Positions 24,600-38,747 of a stretch of 64,000 nt of DNA are shown here, piece after piece; the stretch's first letter is position 1; each line of letters opens with the position of its first letter. The notes beneath the pieces were generated by a model, which saw nothing but the letters and a program-made list of their open reading frames with translations, did no database searches and was not told where the DNA came from. Origin of the DNA: Camelus ferus (taxonomy: Eukaryota); the NCBI RefSeq assembly GCF_009834535.1, contig NC_045697.1:93312001-93376000 (forward strand), read 5' to 3'. Both the position numbers and the translations under genes were made by a program.

Positions 24600-25850
24600 T
24601 CCATCATAAGTTTTGCAACTTGGCTAAATGTGCTCCTCTTTTCTTCTTTTTTCTTGTGTTCATGACAGAACTGTTCCTTCTATTGACTTCCTGTCTCTCA
24701 ACTCTGCCTCTTACTCTACTAGATTGTTCTCATTAACAAGTATCTCTTTTCTTGTTGAAAGTTTTTTTTTAACCTCTTTCCCTCCAGTTACCACCCTATT
24801 TTTAATCTTCCCTTCAAAGAAGACAACAACAAAATAATTATTTAGCAAATCTCCTCTAGTATTTCTTGCACTGTCTTTAATCCTTCTAGTCAACTTCTTT
24901 CTTCTCTACTGGAAGTATTTCTTCTCCCCTTTTCTCCCTTTGTGTTATCATGCATTCCTGTGTGTTTAAAGGCTATTCGTATGATGATGGCTTCTTAGAA
25001 TATTTCAAACCTTGATAAATTCTGATACAGTCATCTACTTATTCAGTATTTCACCTGGAATGTTTCATGGGCAACTCAAATTCATACTCTTTTAAACAGA
25101 ATCTTGATTCTTTGCTTCAAATTTTATTTTTTTTTCTACCTCAGCTGACACTATTACTGATTTTATCATATCTAACACTCCCTAATCCTACTCATCAGTA
25201 GTTCTTGTTCTTCGAACATCAACATCTCTTAAATGTATCTTCCATTATACTTAACAAAGACACCATCTTTTTATCTTTGGATGCCTTTACTTAAATAGTT
25301 TTCTAACTGGTTTTACTGTGTTTATTCTTGTTCTCATGAAAAATCATCCTTACTTGAGTTTTTTTCTTTCCTTTTTTTTTTTTTTTTTTCACTATAACTA
25401 AGATGCTTTCCCTTCTCTGCCTCAAACCCTTAATTACATTTTAAATATAGTTAAAAGAACTTTTCAGGGAAGCAAAATCTCTCCATGATTTTAGCCCTGC
25501 CCCACTCTCTACCCATAGTCACCACTCAGTGCCCCAACTCTTTGTGAATCAAGCCTATTTTGATTCTTAGAGCAGAAGTTTTCCCATATCAGGGACTTTG
25601 CACAAGGTAGTACGTTGCCTTAGAAGACTCACTGTTTTGGCTGTTCAATCAGTCATTTCTTTCCATCTTAAATCATTTTACATTTCATTTTCTTAGAGAG
25701 GCCTTGCCTTACTCCATGTCACCAGTTGTTTGCTATTACAGACATGGTTTGTTTCTTGAGAGTTTTCATCACATTCTGTCACTTTTTTTTTGCTCATTTG
25801 TTTATACTTATTTTGTGTTTTAGACACTGTAAAATAAAAGCACTCAAAGA
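24600..25850 (+). mobile_element. L2 LINE remnant
   Basis: Pyrimidine-rich; tttcacctggaatgtttcatgggcaactcaaattca, tcagggactttgcac and cttagagaggccttgcct are L2 motifs. Confidence 0.6.
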
Positions 25851-25904
25851 TATAGCATAAATTTCTTAAGTTACTACAGTGCTTAAGAAGATTAAGAAAT
25901 ACTA

Positions 25905-27480
25905 TTTTTTAAATTATTTTACAATTTTTATCTTGAAATAATTTCAGACTTGCAAAAATTTGTAAAACTATTGCAAAAAATTCCTATATAGTCTTCACCC
26001 AGCTTCCCCAAATATTAACATCATATATAGCATGAAGTTATTAAAATTAGGGAATTGATAAGGTATTAGATATTAATCTACATTCCTTATGCAATTATTT
26101 TGTTAATGCTTCAACTAATGATCTTTGACCAGGATCAAAACCAGGTCATCTACTGTATTTAATTGCTACATTTCTTTTGTCTTTTTTATTCTACAGCAGT
26201 TCCTCAGTTTTTCTTTGTCTTTCATGACCTTGATACTTTTGAAGAGTACTAACATGTTATTTTGTAGATTATTCTGAAATTTGAGATTTTCTGATGTTTC
26301 CTTATGCTTAAATTCAGATATGTATGGGATAACAAAAGTACCCCAGTGCTGAGCTTGCCTTTCTCAGTGCATTGTATCAGGGGGCACATGACAGCACCAT
26401 GTCCCATTTCTGGTGATGTTAACTCTAATTACTTGGTTAAGATGCTGTCCATCAGATTTCTCTATTTTAAAGTGATAATTTTTAAATAAGTATTTTGTTG
26501 GGAGATAATTAGGAGACTATGTAAATATCCTGTTTCTCATCATAATATCACCCACTAATTTTAGCACTCTTTCCTGAAACAATGATATGGTATTTTCTGA
26601 GTATGGAGTTTCTATTTCCATTATTTCTTCTACATTTATTAATTAGAACTCTACTATATGGGAGAACATTCTCTTTTCCCCTTTCATTTATTTATTCATT
26701 ATTAATTTATATCAGTATGAATCCATGTGTATTTGGTTTACTTATCCTTAGTAATATATTACCATCTTTTTTTTCCTGCTCAAATTCTTTCAATTTTGGC
26801 TACTGAAAGCAACTTTGAGTTAGCTCCAATATTCTTTGGCATGTCAGTTTTATTTCTTGAGATCTTCTTTTTTTATATCAAAAATTTGTCCAGAGGGGAA
26901 GGTATAGCTTAGTACTAGAGCACATGCCTAGCATGCATGAGGTCCTGGGTTCAATCCCCAGTACCTCCATTAAAATAAATACATAAATGAAACTAATTAC
27001 CTCTCCCCACCCCAGAAAGAATAAAATACAAAAAAAAAAAAAAATTGTCCAGACTCATCTTGTTCTTCTTTTCTCCAGCATTGGAATCACTTATTGCTTC
27101 AAGGGGTCATGGTTCCTTTAATTGGAGAATACTGTGAATCCAGAGTGCAGGAATGCTCATTGCTATTAGAGTTTTACTGCTTCTAGGTCTTCTCAGTTGT
27201 TAAAGCTAAGAAACGTATATGTATATACACACACATAAACATGTCTGCGTGTCTGTTTCTTTTTATATCCGTTTCTGTCTTTCTATGTTAAGAAAAACAA
27301 AAGCACATAAGTGCAAACTGGCATCTCTGGTTCTAATCAAATACTACAAGGTTTATTCTAGTCTACCCTCATTCTTACTGTAACTCTTCTGTCTAATATC
27401 GAGAGGCAGCTTTTTCTCTAAGAGTGAGACACTTTGCTATATACTCAATATACCCAATATATGTATGCATTTGCTTTTTC
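25905..27480 (-). mobile_element. L1MC-like 3' region, interrupted by a SINE
   Basis: ttgaaataatttcagacttgcaaaaa...cttcacccagcttccccaaatattaacatc; tttcatgaccttgatacttttgaagagtact; tggtgatgttaact...ttggttaag. Confidence 0.8.
26895..27040 (+). mobile_element. tRNA-derived SINE (camelid Vic-1-like)
   Basis: ggggaaggtatagcttagt...ggtcctgggttcaatccccagtacctcc...ctaattacctctcccc, poly-A; TSD aaaa(t)ttgtccaga at 26881-26894 and 27041-27053. Confidence 0.92.
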
Positions 27481-29999
27481 TTTCTGTGGCATGTTTCACT
27501 TTCTGGCAGATTGGCTAAGCATCTGTAATAATGACTGATGTATGTTTCATACTCAAAAAGTATATGTTAAATAAATAAATAAACAAGTGCGTGTAAATAA
27601 ACGAATGAAAATTTTGAAATAGACTTCACATACAGTGTTGTTCCAAAGGAGAAGTCTTTTGTGATAATACTCACTTGGCTTACCATTGTGATTTACTATT
27701 TCCCTAAGATTTGTATTTTCATCATTGTTTGGAATTTTGCTTTAGTTGTCAATAAAGCAAAAAATATGGATTATATCATAGCTCTTTAACTGCTTTAATT
27801 TCTTAGAAATACGAATGTATTTGAGATCTTTGCTTGCCATGTATTTTATCTTATTGCCTTTTTTGTTATTTGGGTAGGAACTTCTGGGAAGGGGGCAGAA
27901 GAAGTGATGTCAGTTACATTAGCGATTATGAAAGGATAATTACAATATAACTTCCTCTAAGATGATAACCACCCAAAAGTTCATGCTGTAGTATTTTTTT
28001 AAAGAGAATCCTTAATTTTTATTTTATAGAAAAATTTATCTGGGTAGTCAGAATATTATGGAATAAAACCACATAGGATATTCTAATAATGCTACTTGTG
28101 GAAAAGGTATTGAAGAGGTTTTAGGAACAAAGAATATTTGTTTAATAGTGTCAGAATTCATTTTAACACCATGAAAGAGTATGTATTTGTTCAATTTTCA
28201 CTCACTGCACAAAGCATTAGATAAAAGAAGATTTTCAGTAATAGCATTTCATTTTGAGTCTTACCAATCCTTTTAGTTTTGGTATAACAAAAAGACTATT
28301 AGCTTTTACTCTGTTGTGTTGAATTTTGATGATTTTTGACAGTCTTCACTGAGACACTCAAAGAAATGAGACTTGCCAGTCGAATAATGTAAGATTTCAT
28401 TAAATTTAACAGCAACAGAAAAAAAGCTGTTTCTGTCTCTTAAGTTTTTGACATGTCTTTTTCTAATCCTCTTTTCAGGACCTATGTAAAAGGCAATAAA
28501 AAATTTTATTTTTATGTGTTCAAATGTTTCTCCATAATCAAGAAAATAGTCAAGTTTTAACTTTAGAATTACTGTATTTATAAACATCAAAATAAGCACA
28601 AAATTAATGAAGAAATCAAACAGATTTTTGTATTAGCATATAGTAAAAGTAACATAAATATTCTGTATGGTATTTTATAGCGTTTATACAGAAGATATAC
28701 TATCCTGTTAACATTTTCTCACAAAAGAAGTGATACAGATATTATCATTTTCATAGGTTAAAAAAATTGCCTATCAAAAAGTAAACATCTTTTTCCAATT
28801 ATGTGCTCGTGAGTACCTGAGACATTAACAACTCTAAGTACTGTAAAATTTCCATTTTCAAATGATGCCTTCCTTTGTCTTTAATATTGTATTGGTTACA
28901 AATGTGTGTTTTGTTATTGATGATAATTTAAACTGGTTGTCTGCACAATGTTGTTGAAAAAACTTTAAGCATATAGTCAGAGTGTGAAAAGATTTTCATT
29001 TCCTTAAATGTAGAGGGTATGTTTTGAGAAAATGAATTCCCATGAAATAGCTTGTTATGATTTTGCTTTCTGGCATTCATGGGTGTAGAAATGTATACTT
29101 AAATTCATACGATAGAAGAAAAATTCCCTTTTATGCAAATCAGCATTATGAAGATATATTTTAAGAATATGAAGAATAAATTTAGTAAGGGATCATATAA
29201 TACCTATTACAACTAATATATGTAAACTATTTATTATGAAAACTGTTCTGAAGGATCTGAAAGACAGATATGTTTCCTATACCAGATGCTTCAAGAAGCA
29301 GTCATAAAACAACTTTTTTTTCACATGGATGCAGTTGGGGCTTGCTGTTTTTACTATATTCCCATCTTATTGATGAAGAACACAAGGCTCATATTAGTGT
29401 CAATTAACCATATCATAGAGCCAATTCCCAGAGATCTTATTTCTGCTTCTTTTGTCATGAAAAAATGAGAAGTACAATCAGCATCACATCTGTGCTAAGC
29501 AAATAACATAATAAGGAATCACAGTAAATGCTGAATAGAGACTGTAAAAATATTTTTGCTTCTAGAGTATCAAAGTAAGATATAATATGGGAGCCAATAA
29601 AAGTGGGTAATTATATGAATCAGAACCTAGGATATAAACAAGCCAATGAGAAATAAGACCCATTTCTTATTTAAGCCTAAAGGGAGATAAATTCATTCAG
29701 TCTATAGATACTATTTTCCTACTGCATTAGAGATAAATATTTTCTCTGAGAAAAGCCATATTTTATTTAGTTTTTACTACTTCATCTAAAAAAAAAAATA
29801 GTATACTAAGGCAACGGCCAACCAGAAGTGTTTCACAATTACTTATTTTCATGTAAAAGATAACGTCAAGTATACTGAGATATTACCTGCACTATATTTT
29901 GCTGAGTACTGCCTGAAAGTGAGATTATTTTGTTGTTGCAGAGCATAGGTTATTGTTAATGAGAAAATTAAATAAAATAAACTGGAGAGACTTTCAACA

Positions 30000-31735
30000 A
30001 CATCCTATGGTATTGGTATTTATATATATCTTTTTACTTAACATATGGCTGGATAAACTGGGAAAACCAAGCAGAGTTGTTTGGAAACATAATGGAAAAA
30101 CCCAGGGTAAAATCATCAACAAATGTAGATGACAAGTAATCAATATAAAGTTCAAAATATAGTAATTAGCCAAATCCTTAGTAGAATGGGGCAGCACTGC
30201 TCAGGGCTGATGGCAAAGGTAAAATTAAGATAAAGGGAAGTATTGAAAGGTCCTACAAGACCTTTCATAGACCACAACCAGAAATCACCAAAATTACTCA
30301 ACCCTAAGGGAAAAAAAAATCTACTCTGAAGAAAAACACTGGGAACAAAATAAAAATTAATCAGAGAATCAGAAAGAGAGTGAGACAGAAGGAAAGAAAG
30401 CAGTAGTCTGGTAGAGGGTGAGAAGAGTAGAGGTAAGAGAAGGAAGACAATTTTCAGTTAAAGACATTTAAAAGGAACATCAAATCAAATCAGTAGAAAT
30501 TATGTGAAACATAGCAAAAGATATAGAGAAAAAAATACGAGTGAATATGCAAACCAGAAATGGAGAGATTAAACAAATTGGGAAGAATATCCTGAATATA
30601 GAATGTAGGCAAAGGAGAGCAATGAATATGTAATAGTTTCTTCTTTCTAAAGATGAAAATTCAAATAATACGATAATATAAATTATTTCAGAAAGTCAGT
30701 AAAAGGTAGAAAATTAATATTGGCAACAGTCTTCTTGAGAGCAACATTTTACACAGGAAGGTAATGAAGAATTGTTTTAATGATTATGAAAGAAAGAACA
30801 AGGTAGCCAAATTATATGCCATTCATTTAAACTGTGCATCATATCTAAGGAATACAGAGCATCGGGGACATTTGGGAACTTTGGAAATGCTTTTCCTTTG
30901 ATCACTTTCTGAGCAATTTCCTAGTTACTGACAACATTCAGTTCAGACAAGCATAGCATGAAACCTGTAGATAATTATTACATATGTTAAATTTTGCAAT
31001 AAGACTAAATTATGCTACTGCTAAATATACTAAAAAAAGGTAGAGATATTACAATACACAAAAAATTGAAGAAAAGGGAAAGATAAATGAAAGAAGAATA
31101 TTAATGTTTTGGCAATATCTAACAGCCATTGAAAGGATAGTGAGTAAATAAAAATGTTAGGCAAAAAGGAGGGAGAATAAAGAGGTTACTAGAGAACATT
31201 ATCATTCATTGAAAAAAACAATAGAGAATATTAAAATACATTGGAAGACTAATATATTTTATTATATAAGACTATATATGATAAGCAAGAATAGATACAG
31301 AAACAATTATAAATACCCCCTAAAACTCCAAAATGTAAATATAATGTAAGATTTTGTACGTGTAATTTATATTGTAAAAAAATATCATGACAGAACTGAA
31401 AACCAGCTTACTAAGTATATCAGAGATATAAATGGACATAGCTCATCATTCAGTAAAGTATTTTCAGATTGGCTAATGAAGCAGAATCTGATTCATTCTG
31501 TGTGCAAGATACATACCTAAACAGAGCAATTCAGAAAGGGTTAAAGTAAAAGGAAGATCCAATAGCGCTCTTCTCAGATAATAAGTTTGTGAAGCAAAAT
31601 TACAACTTTCAGAGAGCAGAAATGACAGAAAATGAAAGGAGAAATATATATATTTAAACTGGATTTTAACATAATTCATCCAATAGAAAGTAATTGGAGA
31701 ATGTGAACGAGCCTAACTTTCAATTTAAAAAATAC
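30000..31735 (+). mobile_element. Old L1 5'/ORF1 to early ORF2 remnant
   Basis: A-rich; ttggcaacagtcttcttgagagcaac (ORF1), and ataaatggac...ttttcagattgg...aaaggttaaagtaaaagga (endonuclease-region motifs). Confidence 0.55.
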
Positions 31736-31744
31736 TGTAGTTAC

Positions 31745-32162
31745 TGATAAAGACTTTCTCTTCGACCAGACTTCTCTACCCTCTTCTCCATTAGGCTTTT
31801 TAGCCCCACCCTTGCCAGGCCAGCATAACCTGGTTTTTGCAAGCTTCCTACTAAACCAGTTTAGAGAGAATGTCCTCACCACTGGTATCTGATCACCTTT
31901 GCTATCTGATCTCTCTGGCCAACCGGTAGCAAGAATTCTGTTGGTTTGGCAAGAATCCCCTTACCCTTGATGTCTCTTTGTAATATTTTTCTATCTACTG
32001 ACCTCCCACTTTGCTCTTTGGCTATAAAGTCTCGCTTTTCTTTGTTGTATTTGGAGTGAGCTCATTTCTATACTGAAGCCTCTATTACCCTACTGCTATA
32101 GTTTCTGAATAAATTGTATCTTTACCCTTTTAACTACCATCTGGCTCTTGTTCTCTTTGCCA
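31745..32162 (+). mobile_element. MER31-like ERV1 solo LTR
   Basis: TG...CA ends with a 4-bp TSD TTAC (31741-31744, 32163-32166); tgataaagactttctcttcgacc start; agaatccccttacccttgatgtctc; TATA-like ctataaa and AATAAA. Confidence 0.85.
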
Positions 32163-32179
32163 TTACTCTTTGAAGAATC

Positions 32180-32720
32180 AATCTTAGGGAAAAGGAATGG
32201 ATGTATTGTACCAGTCTTGAATGGAGATATGATGATGATAGTACCGTGATAGTAACAGTGGAAATGGGAATAGAAGGAAGCAAATGCATTTGAGATATGC
32301 TTTGGAGAAAGAAAGAACAGAGCTATTAGTTTCTTACGTGAGAGAAATGAAAAGTGGTAAGTAAAAACATCACTTCAGAGTCTGAAACTTTGAGAAAAGT
32401 TAGAGGTGGGAATAAAAATGTGGGAGTTATTAACATATAGGCATTTAAAATAATGGTTTTTTCGGTAAATCACCCAACCAAAAGTTTAGGCAGACAGTAG
32501 ATATTAATACAAAATAAGCCAAGAAAAACCTGTCAAAATTAAGCTGAGAATAAAAAATTGAGAGTGGTAAGCAGAATTCCAGTTTGGTGTATTTTTAAGA
32601 AAATCCATAAAGGAAAATGTTTTGAAGAGGAGGAAGTTGTCATTATTTGAAATACTGCTAAGACTTTGGGAAGTGTGAGTAGTGCACATGTGTAAGTTAT
32701 CGGCAGCTGTTAAAAGAACA
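32180..32720 (-). mobile_element. L2 remnant
   Basis: gtaacagtggaaatgggaatagaagg...atttgagatatgctttggag...ggaaaatgttttgaagaggagg are antisense L2 motifs. Confidence 0.55.
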
Positions 32721-33859
32721 TTAAAATTATGGATAAGAAAATGATTAAAATAAGATAAATGGGTCCTTAATTTCAGAATTATGGCAAAATAGAAAACCTA
32801 AAAACTTTCATTAGAAAAACAAGGAATGCAACATAAACTGTTAACAACTATCCATTTAAATACGTATTAGAGGGTTTCAGGTTCAGGCCCTGATAAAGTA
32901 GCTCGCAGTGAACAAGGCCACACACTGAAGACTGCTATAAAAGCTGGGCAAAATTGTTTGAAGGCATTGGAGAATAACCAACCCATACAGAGCTTGAGGT
33001 GGTTTATTATTAAGACGAAATAAGCCTACAGATAAATTTCATTTCTAATTTTTTTTTTCCTAACAGTACTTTCCAAATACTGATGTGAAAAAGAGTGCGT
33101 AAGCAGAAAGGGAAGTTTTCCCATGCTGAGGAAATGGAGAGATCAGAGTCTGAGGCACCCAATGTGTACGGAACTCATGGGACTAATTTCGAAGAAGGCA
33201 GTAACCACAGAGAACCACAGAGAAGAAGGCTAAATACGTACAAGTCTCCTTGTGTGTGGCCCACTTCAGAAACACGCAGGTACAAGGTAAGGCCTCTAGA
33301 AGCCCCACAGAAAACAATAGATGGGAGGCTGAGGCTGATCTTAGATTTCAGCCGGTGGAAAGAAGTTGTTGTTCAGTGACAGCACAGTGGCTGGCATGGG
33401 AGCAGGGAACTACATGGTTACATGTGGTTCTTCTCCAGGTTTTAGCTTTCACGTGAAATGGTGCGTTCTGGGTGCCCCTTATACTGTTAAATAATTAATC
33501 AACTACATTTAAAAGCTGACCTTGAATGGGCATAGGAAAAAAGCATGTCATAAATCCAAGGTAATAATCAATCTAATTTTTATAACTGAGACCTAATTTA
33601 AAAGTGTGTTTTTCCTACATTCTCAGTTTAAATGAGAAAAATCTCATCTCAATCAGATACATAAAATGTATATCTTAACATACATAGATTCAGAATAACT
33701 TTGTTAAAATTCATGATATATATACTTTTATTAAACTAGAATTAAAAAGCACGTTATTAACCTGATAAAAAATATCTTTTGAAAGTTTTATAAGTGGTTT
33801 ATGCTATAATGTGAAATGTTAAAAGACCTCCCTTTACATCTATGAATAAGAAAAAGTGT

Positions 33860-34327
33860 TATGTTAGTTTCCTATAGCTGTTGTAATAGACTAATGCAAA
33901 CTTATTTTTTTTTTAATATGGAAGTCAAAAATACAAAATCAGTTCCACCAAGGTGTCAGCAGGACCATGCTCCCTTCAGAGACTCCAGGGAGAAACTACC
34001 CCTTGCCTTTTCCAACTTGTAGGCTGCATTTCTTGACTTATGATCCCCTCCTGCATCTTCAAGGCAGCAGTATACCATCTTCAAATCTCTCTCCACTTCC
34101 AATCCTCACATCACCTTCTGTTGTCAGTGTCAAATATTCCTCTCCATCACTCTTATGACACTTACATTTGTGTTTAAGACTCACCAAAATAATTTATGAT
34201 CATCTCCCATCACAAGATGTTTAACCTAATCACATCTGCAAGTCTCCTTTACCATATAGTGTATCATTTACTGATTGCAGGGGCTATGACCTGGGTATCT
34301 TTGGAGACTATCATTCAGCCTAACACA
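33860..34327 (-). mobile_element. MLT1C/D-like MaLR LTR
   Basis: gttagtttcctatagctgttgtaat...caaggtgtcagcaggaccatgctccc...aatcacatctgcaagtc...tcattcagcctaacaca. Confidence 0.85.
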
Positions 34328-35274
34328 GATGCCTTCTCTTGCTTCTGTTAGGCGTTGTACTTTCTAAAAAGCTTTTTAAAAGAAGTTTTGCTCTGAAGGA
34401 GAACTAAGAAATGGTTCAGTACTTGTGGAACATGTGAGATAAGGGGAAGTTTTATTTTTTGAAATGTGGAAGATAAAAACATCTTCATATGAGGATAGTA
34501 ATGACAGAAAAGTGGAAATAATGATGCGGAAGGGAGAAAGACTGACTATAGTAACCATGTAAATCCTACGGGAGAAAGATTTGTCACTTGGTAGATACAT
34601 TTCACACCATTTTTTTCATAATACTTCCTGGATTGATCTTACTTGCTTTACTGTCAATGGATATTAATTTTGAGTGTATATTAGTGCGTGAGATACAAAA
34701 AAACAGAAAAGAAGACACAGCACAGTGGATTCTTAGTATTGTAAGTGGAAAACAATGATCAGTAGACACTGAATGAGAGCAGACACTTGGTGTGGCATAA
34801 AAAGACATTCATATATCAGATAAGAAGTTGTAAAATTTACGTCTTATCTACTTCCAAACTTTCTATCCTAAAGAAATTACAGGTTCATAAAATGACATGG
34901 GGGCTTACATTAAGGAAGTAATTCATGCACTCTATTACTCCTGTACTCAATCTCTACTTCTTTTTGAATGAATCATGAGTCATATTGTGCAGTTCCATTG
35001 TGGCCACCCTTATCTTTTATTTACAAAAGCAAGATGCCTTTTCATAGTGTCTAAAGCTCTGTGTAACTGAATGTAATATCTCAAAACTGCTAAATTTTAA
35101 GAGAAAGAAAAATGTGTGCTAAATATATTTCAGTGCAATTTATTAAAACATTATATATGACAAGAATTTTTGAAACTTAAGCATCAAAGTTGAGAGATAA
35201 GGACAAGAACCTAGATTACAGTACTAGAAAATACAGAAATGTAGTAAATATAGTAAGGACGTTATCCTACATTG

Positions 35275-35495
35275 AAGGTCATCAAACTGCAAACAACAGG
35301 GCTAAGCAGGCCCATGACCTGTTTTGGTAAATAAAGCTTTATTGGAATAGAGTGACATCATTATTTTTACATGCTGTCTGTTGCTACTTATGTGCTACAG
35401 TGACAGATTTGAGTAACTGTGACAGAGACTCTGTGATACACATTGTCTAATATACTTAGTGGCTGACCCTTCACAGAAAGGTTTGTGAACGACTG
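35275..35495. mobile_element. MER58A-like element
   Basis: cctgttttggtaaataaagctttattggaa...ttgagtaactgtgacagagac...cccttcacagaaaggtttg. Confidence 0.8.
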
Positions 35496-36710
35496 TCCTA
35501 GGTAATCTCAGGTTCAGTGTCATTTGTGAATCGGTTTTGCTTAGTGTGGCCAGGTCTGATTCCCTGTCTAATGACAATAATTATCACAGCTTCTAGACAG
35601 AAACTTCCAATTATTTTAAGATTTTATTTATTAGGAATGGTACACTTAATTAAGCCATAGTTGTTACTTCAGGTATAATTAATTAGTGCAGATATATTGC
35701 TTTTATAGGATATCATTAATAGGGAGATAGGTTACTTGCTCTGTGACATAGTTATAATTTAAATCCTCATAGATTTATAGAATTTAAGGATAGAATCTGT
35801 TTATTATTAATTGTATCTCACATCATGTATCTCATGTGATATAGCTCTCATGTAGCAAATGGTTCATGTTGCTGATAATTTATTTTAGACACAATAGTTA
35901 GATAAGAGAGAATTCATGGTGATTAAGGAAGAATTCATGGAAATGTGGCTGAGAAGGTGAAGAAGAAGGCAAATCAATATATTCATTTACTAAGTTATGT
36001 TGTCCTTCAAGCACATAAAAAGTTTTCATTATCAACATCCATATAAATCTATATGTCATATAATTAATCCTATACTTCTGAATGAAATTAATGAAAACAG
36101 AGTTTGCATTGGTTAGATGTAATTTTAAGCATTATTTCTTTAAAATTTAGCCTGAAAACTGATATTTAGTTTTATTAGCAAGATATTCCACACTTGAAAT
36201 TTGTTAGTAAGTACAGGTGAAGAACTCTAGATCATAAAGACGCTGAAATGTAGGGTCCCAAGCATTATTTTAATATATTTGAATTGCATTTTATTTGTTA
36301 CTATAACTTAATAACTTGATGATGGGAGTTTTATATACCTTATACATCAGTTTGCTTACACAAGTTTGAATATAGAGAAGTGCCAGGTACTTCAGTAAAA
36401 GAGATGGGGCCACAGGTGACACATAATTATAGGGACATACAACACAAACTGCTTGTGGACTTCAAAGCGAATTTGGTTATTGTACTGTTTTTCAGTCTTT
36501 GTTTCCAAAAGGAAAACAATTTGGAAAGGAAAAATCATATGAATCTTGAGTACAAGTACTTTCTTAGGCCTTTCAGCATTATGAAAGAACAAGTGAGAAA
36601 TATGAAAATATATTTCTTGAGAGATAATTCTCAGTTGGCCTCTTGTGTTTCTGTGCATTTTATGAGTAGAAGCACTAGTTGTAATTTTTCTATACCATCT
36701 TTTCAAAGAT

Positions 36711-37098
36711 GTCTAAGTAGTGGTCAGCCTGGGAAGACCAAGACAGTGTTTATAGACCAGGGAACAGATTTTCTTATTTTCGAGTATAATAAAAAGTGTT
36801 CCCTTCCATAGAAGACATCACACAGGCTTGCTTGCTGCCCAAGTAATAAAGATTTGGGTTACCTATACTTGACATTCCTCAGCTGTAACTCAAACTGTGT
36901 GTACAGCATCCACTAGAGCCCATCAGCATCACCTCCATTGGTCTTGAGGAAAGAGGAGCCAACATGAACATGAGGCCCATGCAACTGTGCCCTGCTGCAA
37001 TAATAAAGTCCTTAGTCTCTGAGCAAGGAGTCATGTGTCTTCTGCCAGTGTCCATGAGGCAGGCTACATATATGCTTGATAGTAAGGTATAATCTCAG
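36711..37098 (+). mobile_element. ERV LTR (MER68/MER77-like)
   Basis: aataaagtccttagtctctgagcaaggagtcatgtgtcttctgccag...aatctcagatcctccacagttcctga 3' end; subfamily uncertain. Confidence 0.6.
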
Positions 37099-37799
37099 AT
37101 CCTCCACAGTTCCTGAAAATATTCCTTTAAAATACTCTCTGTGGATGTATACCCCTTGGAAAAATAATGCATCCTTTTAAGGATGCATAATATTCCAGTT
37201 GAATGACAATTATATGAAAGGATAGATTATTTTAAGCTTTCTCCCAAATTACTATATCTTTTAGGTAAATAGAGTATGTGCGAATTTCTGTTTAGCCATG
37301 TTCTATATTGAAAAGAACCTCACATAAAGTCATATAAACCCAAAACAATTACCAGTTCACTTCTATTTTTCAAAACAGTTTCATTGCTTTTTTAAATGTT
37401 TCGATCATCAGCATTTGAATAAAACCAAAGTTTAAAATAATTATTGTGCATTTTTTTGCCTGTTGTTACAAATTAGAAATTAAGAGGTGACATATTTTAG
37501 AACAATCTTGGATAATCCTACTTGGAAATTGGTTTTGTGATTTTTTTTTCTCTCTTTGAGAATATACATGGTTAATAAACTATGGATGAATATTCTTCAC
37601 TATTTCAAATGTTGTTAGTGCATGAAATAAATTACAGGTATTGCAACAAGGTAAAGAAATGGAAGAATATAAGCCTTTGAAAATACTGATAGCTCTTTCA
37701 GGCTGGAAATTAGATAATTCTTTTCATTTCCTGTTCCTTTTCCTTTTGGAGAACAAAAGAAGTCTGCCTCTCAATAACCTAGGGGAGAAAAAAATATAA

Positions 37800-38236
37800 T
37801 TGTTATTATCTTTTACACAAGAATGTTTACTATAATAAGTGGCATTTAGTGCAGTGGTGTTTGTCTCTCCAACAATCAAAAGAGCTAGTAGAGCTGGTCT
37901 TTTCCATGAGTTCATTCTGGGCCCTAGATGACTTCTGTCTTGTCGCTCTTCATAATCCTGTCTTACAGTATCATCCTTATGTTTGAAGGAGTTTAGCAAC
38001 ACTTCTGCATTCCAGCCAGGGAAAAATGTAAGAAAAAATTGAATACAATCATCTTTGTATTTTTGGAGGTTACCTGGAATTTCTGCCCATCGAATCATTC
38101 AAAATTATGCATTATAAAAATTAATGATTGAGTAGGGGACTATGAATGTAATCTGCTCATGGCCATATGTACTTAAGGTTCTGTTACTAAATAAAGAAAG
38201 AAAGCGTATTAGGGACAATTAGCAGTCTCTACTACA
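37800..38236. mobile_element. Old MLT1-like LTR
   Basis: cttctgcattccagccaggg...ggttctgttactaaataaagaaag...tattagggacaattagcagtctctactaca. Confidence 0.55.
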
Positions 38237-38716
38237 AAGAAGTTGCCAACCTATTTCCAATTATGAATATTGAAAAAGTTTATTTGCTGTTGCACCATCA
38301 ACTTGGAAATATCTATACAGGCATTCAATAAGAAGAAAAAATAAAAACAGCAGTAGTAATGAGGTGTCTCATAACAAAGTCACGAAAAGCATTTATGTTT
38401 AAAATTTGATCGTCTTTGGTAGAAAATAAATGAACTAGAAAAATATCAAATTTGATTTATGTCAGTTACATATATTTATAAAATTTATAAGTCATTGAAA
38501 TCTTTTAAAAGATAAATTAATTGAAGCTTAGCAAAAAGAAACAAATGTTTATATACTTTAGTACATTTTAAAAAAAATTAATTCTCTTTCAATCAAGGCT
38601 AGATAATAGGTACTGTATTCCCTACAAACGTAAATGCTTCTAACCTTTGAAATTCTTCCTAGAGAAAATAGAGATATGGTTTAACGTAAATCATGTTTGT
38701 ATAAAGAATGTGTAAA

Positions 38717-38747
38717 ATGATTATAAATCAATAAAAAACGTTAAAAA
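38717..38747 (+). mobile_element. Extremely 5'-truncated L1 3' tip with perfect TSD
   Basis: atgattataaatcaataaaaaacgttaaaaa flanked by the exact repeat aaagaatgtgtaaa (38703-38716, 38748-38761). Confidence 0.7.

Noticed and set aside
26895..26970. tRNA gene (also at 3179 and 52065)
   Set aside because: A/B boxes are present, but they are followed by a shared SINE tail and A-rich end with flanking direct repeats; no convincing cloverleaf.
36380..36811. 143-aa single-exon ORF
   Set aside because: GTG start, no recognisable homology, and the 3' end runs into an LTR; only the exon-like subsegments are kept as a weak finding.
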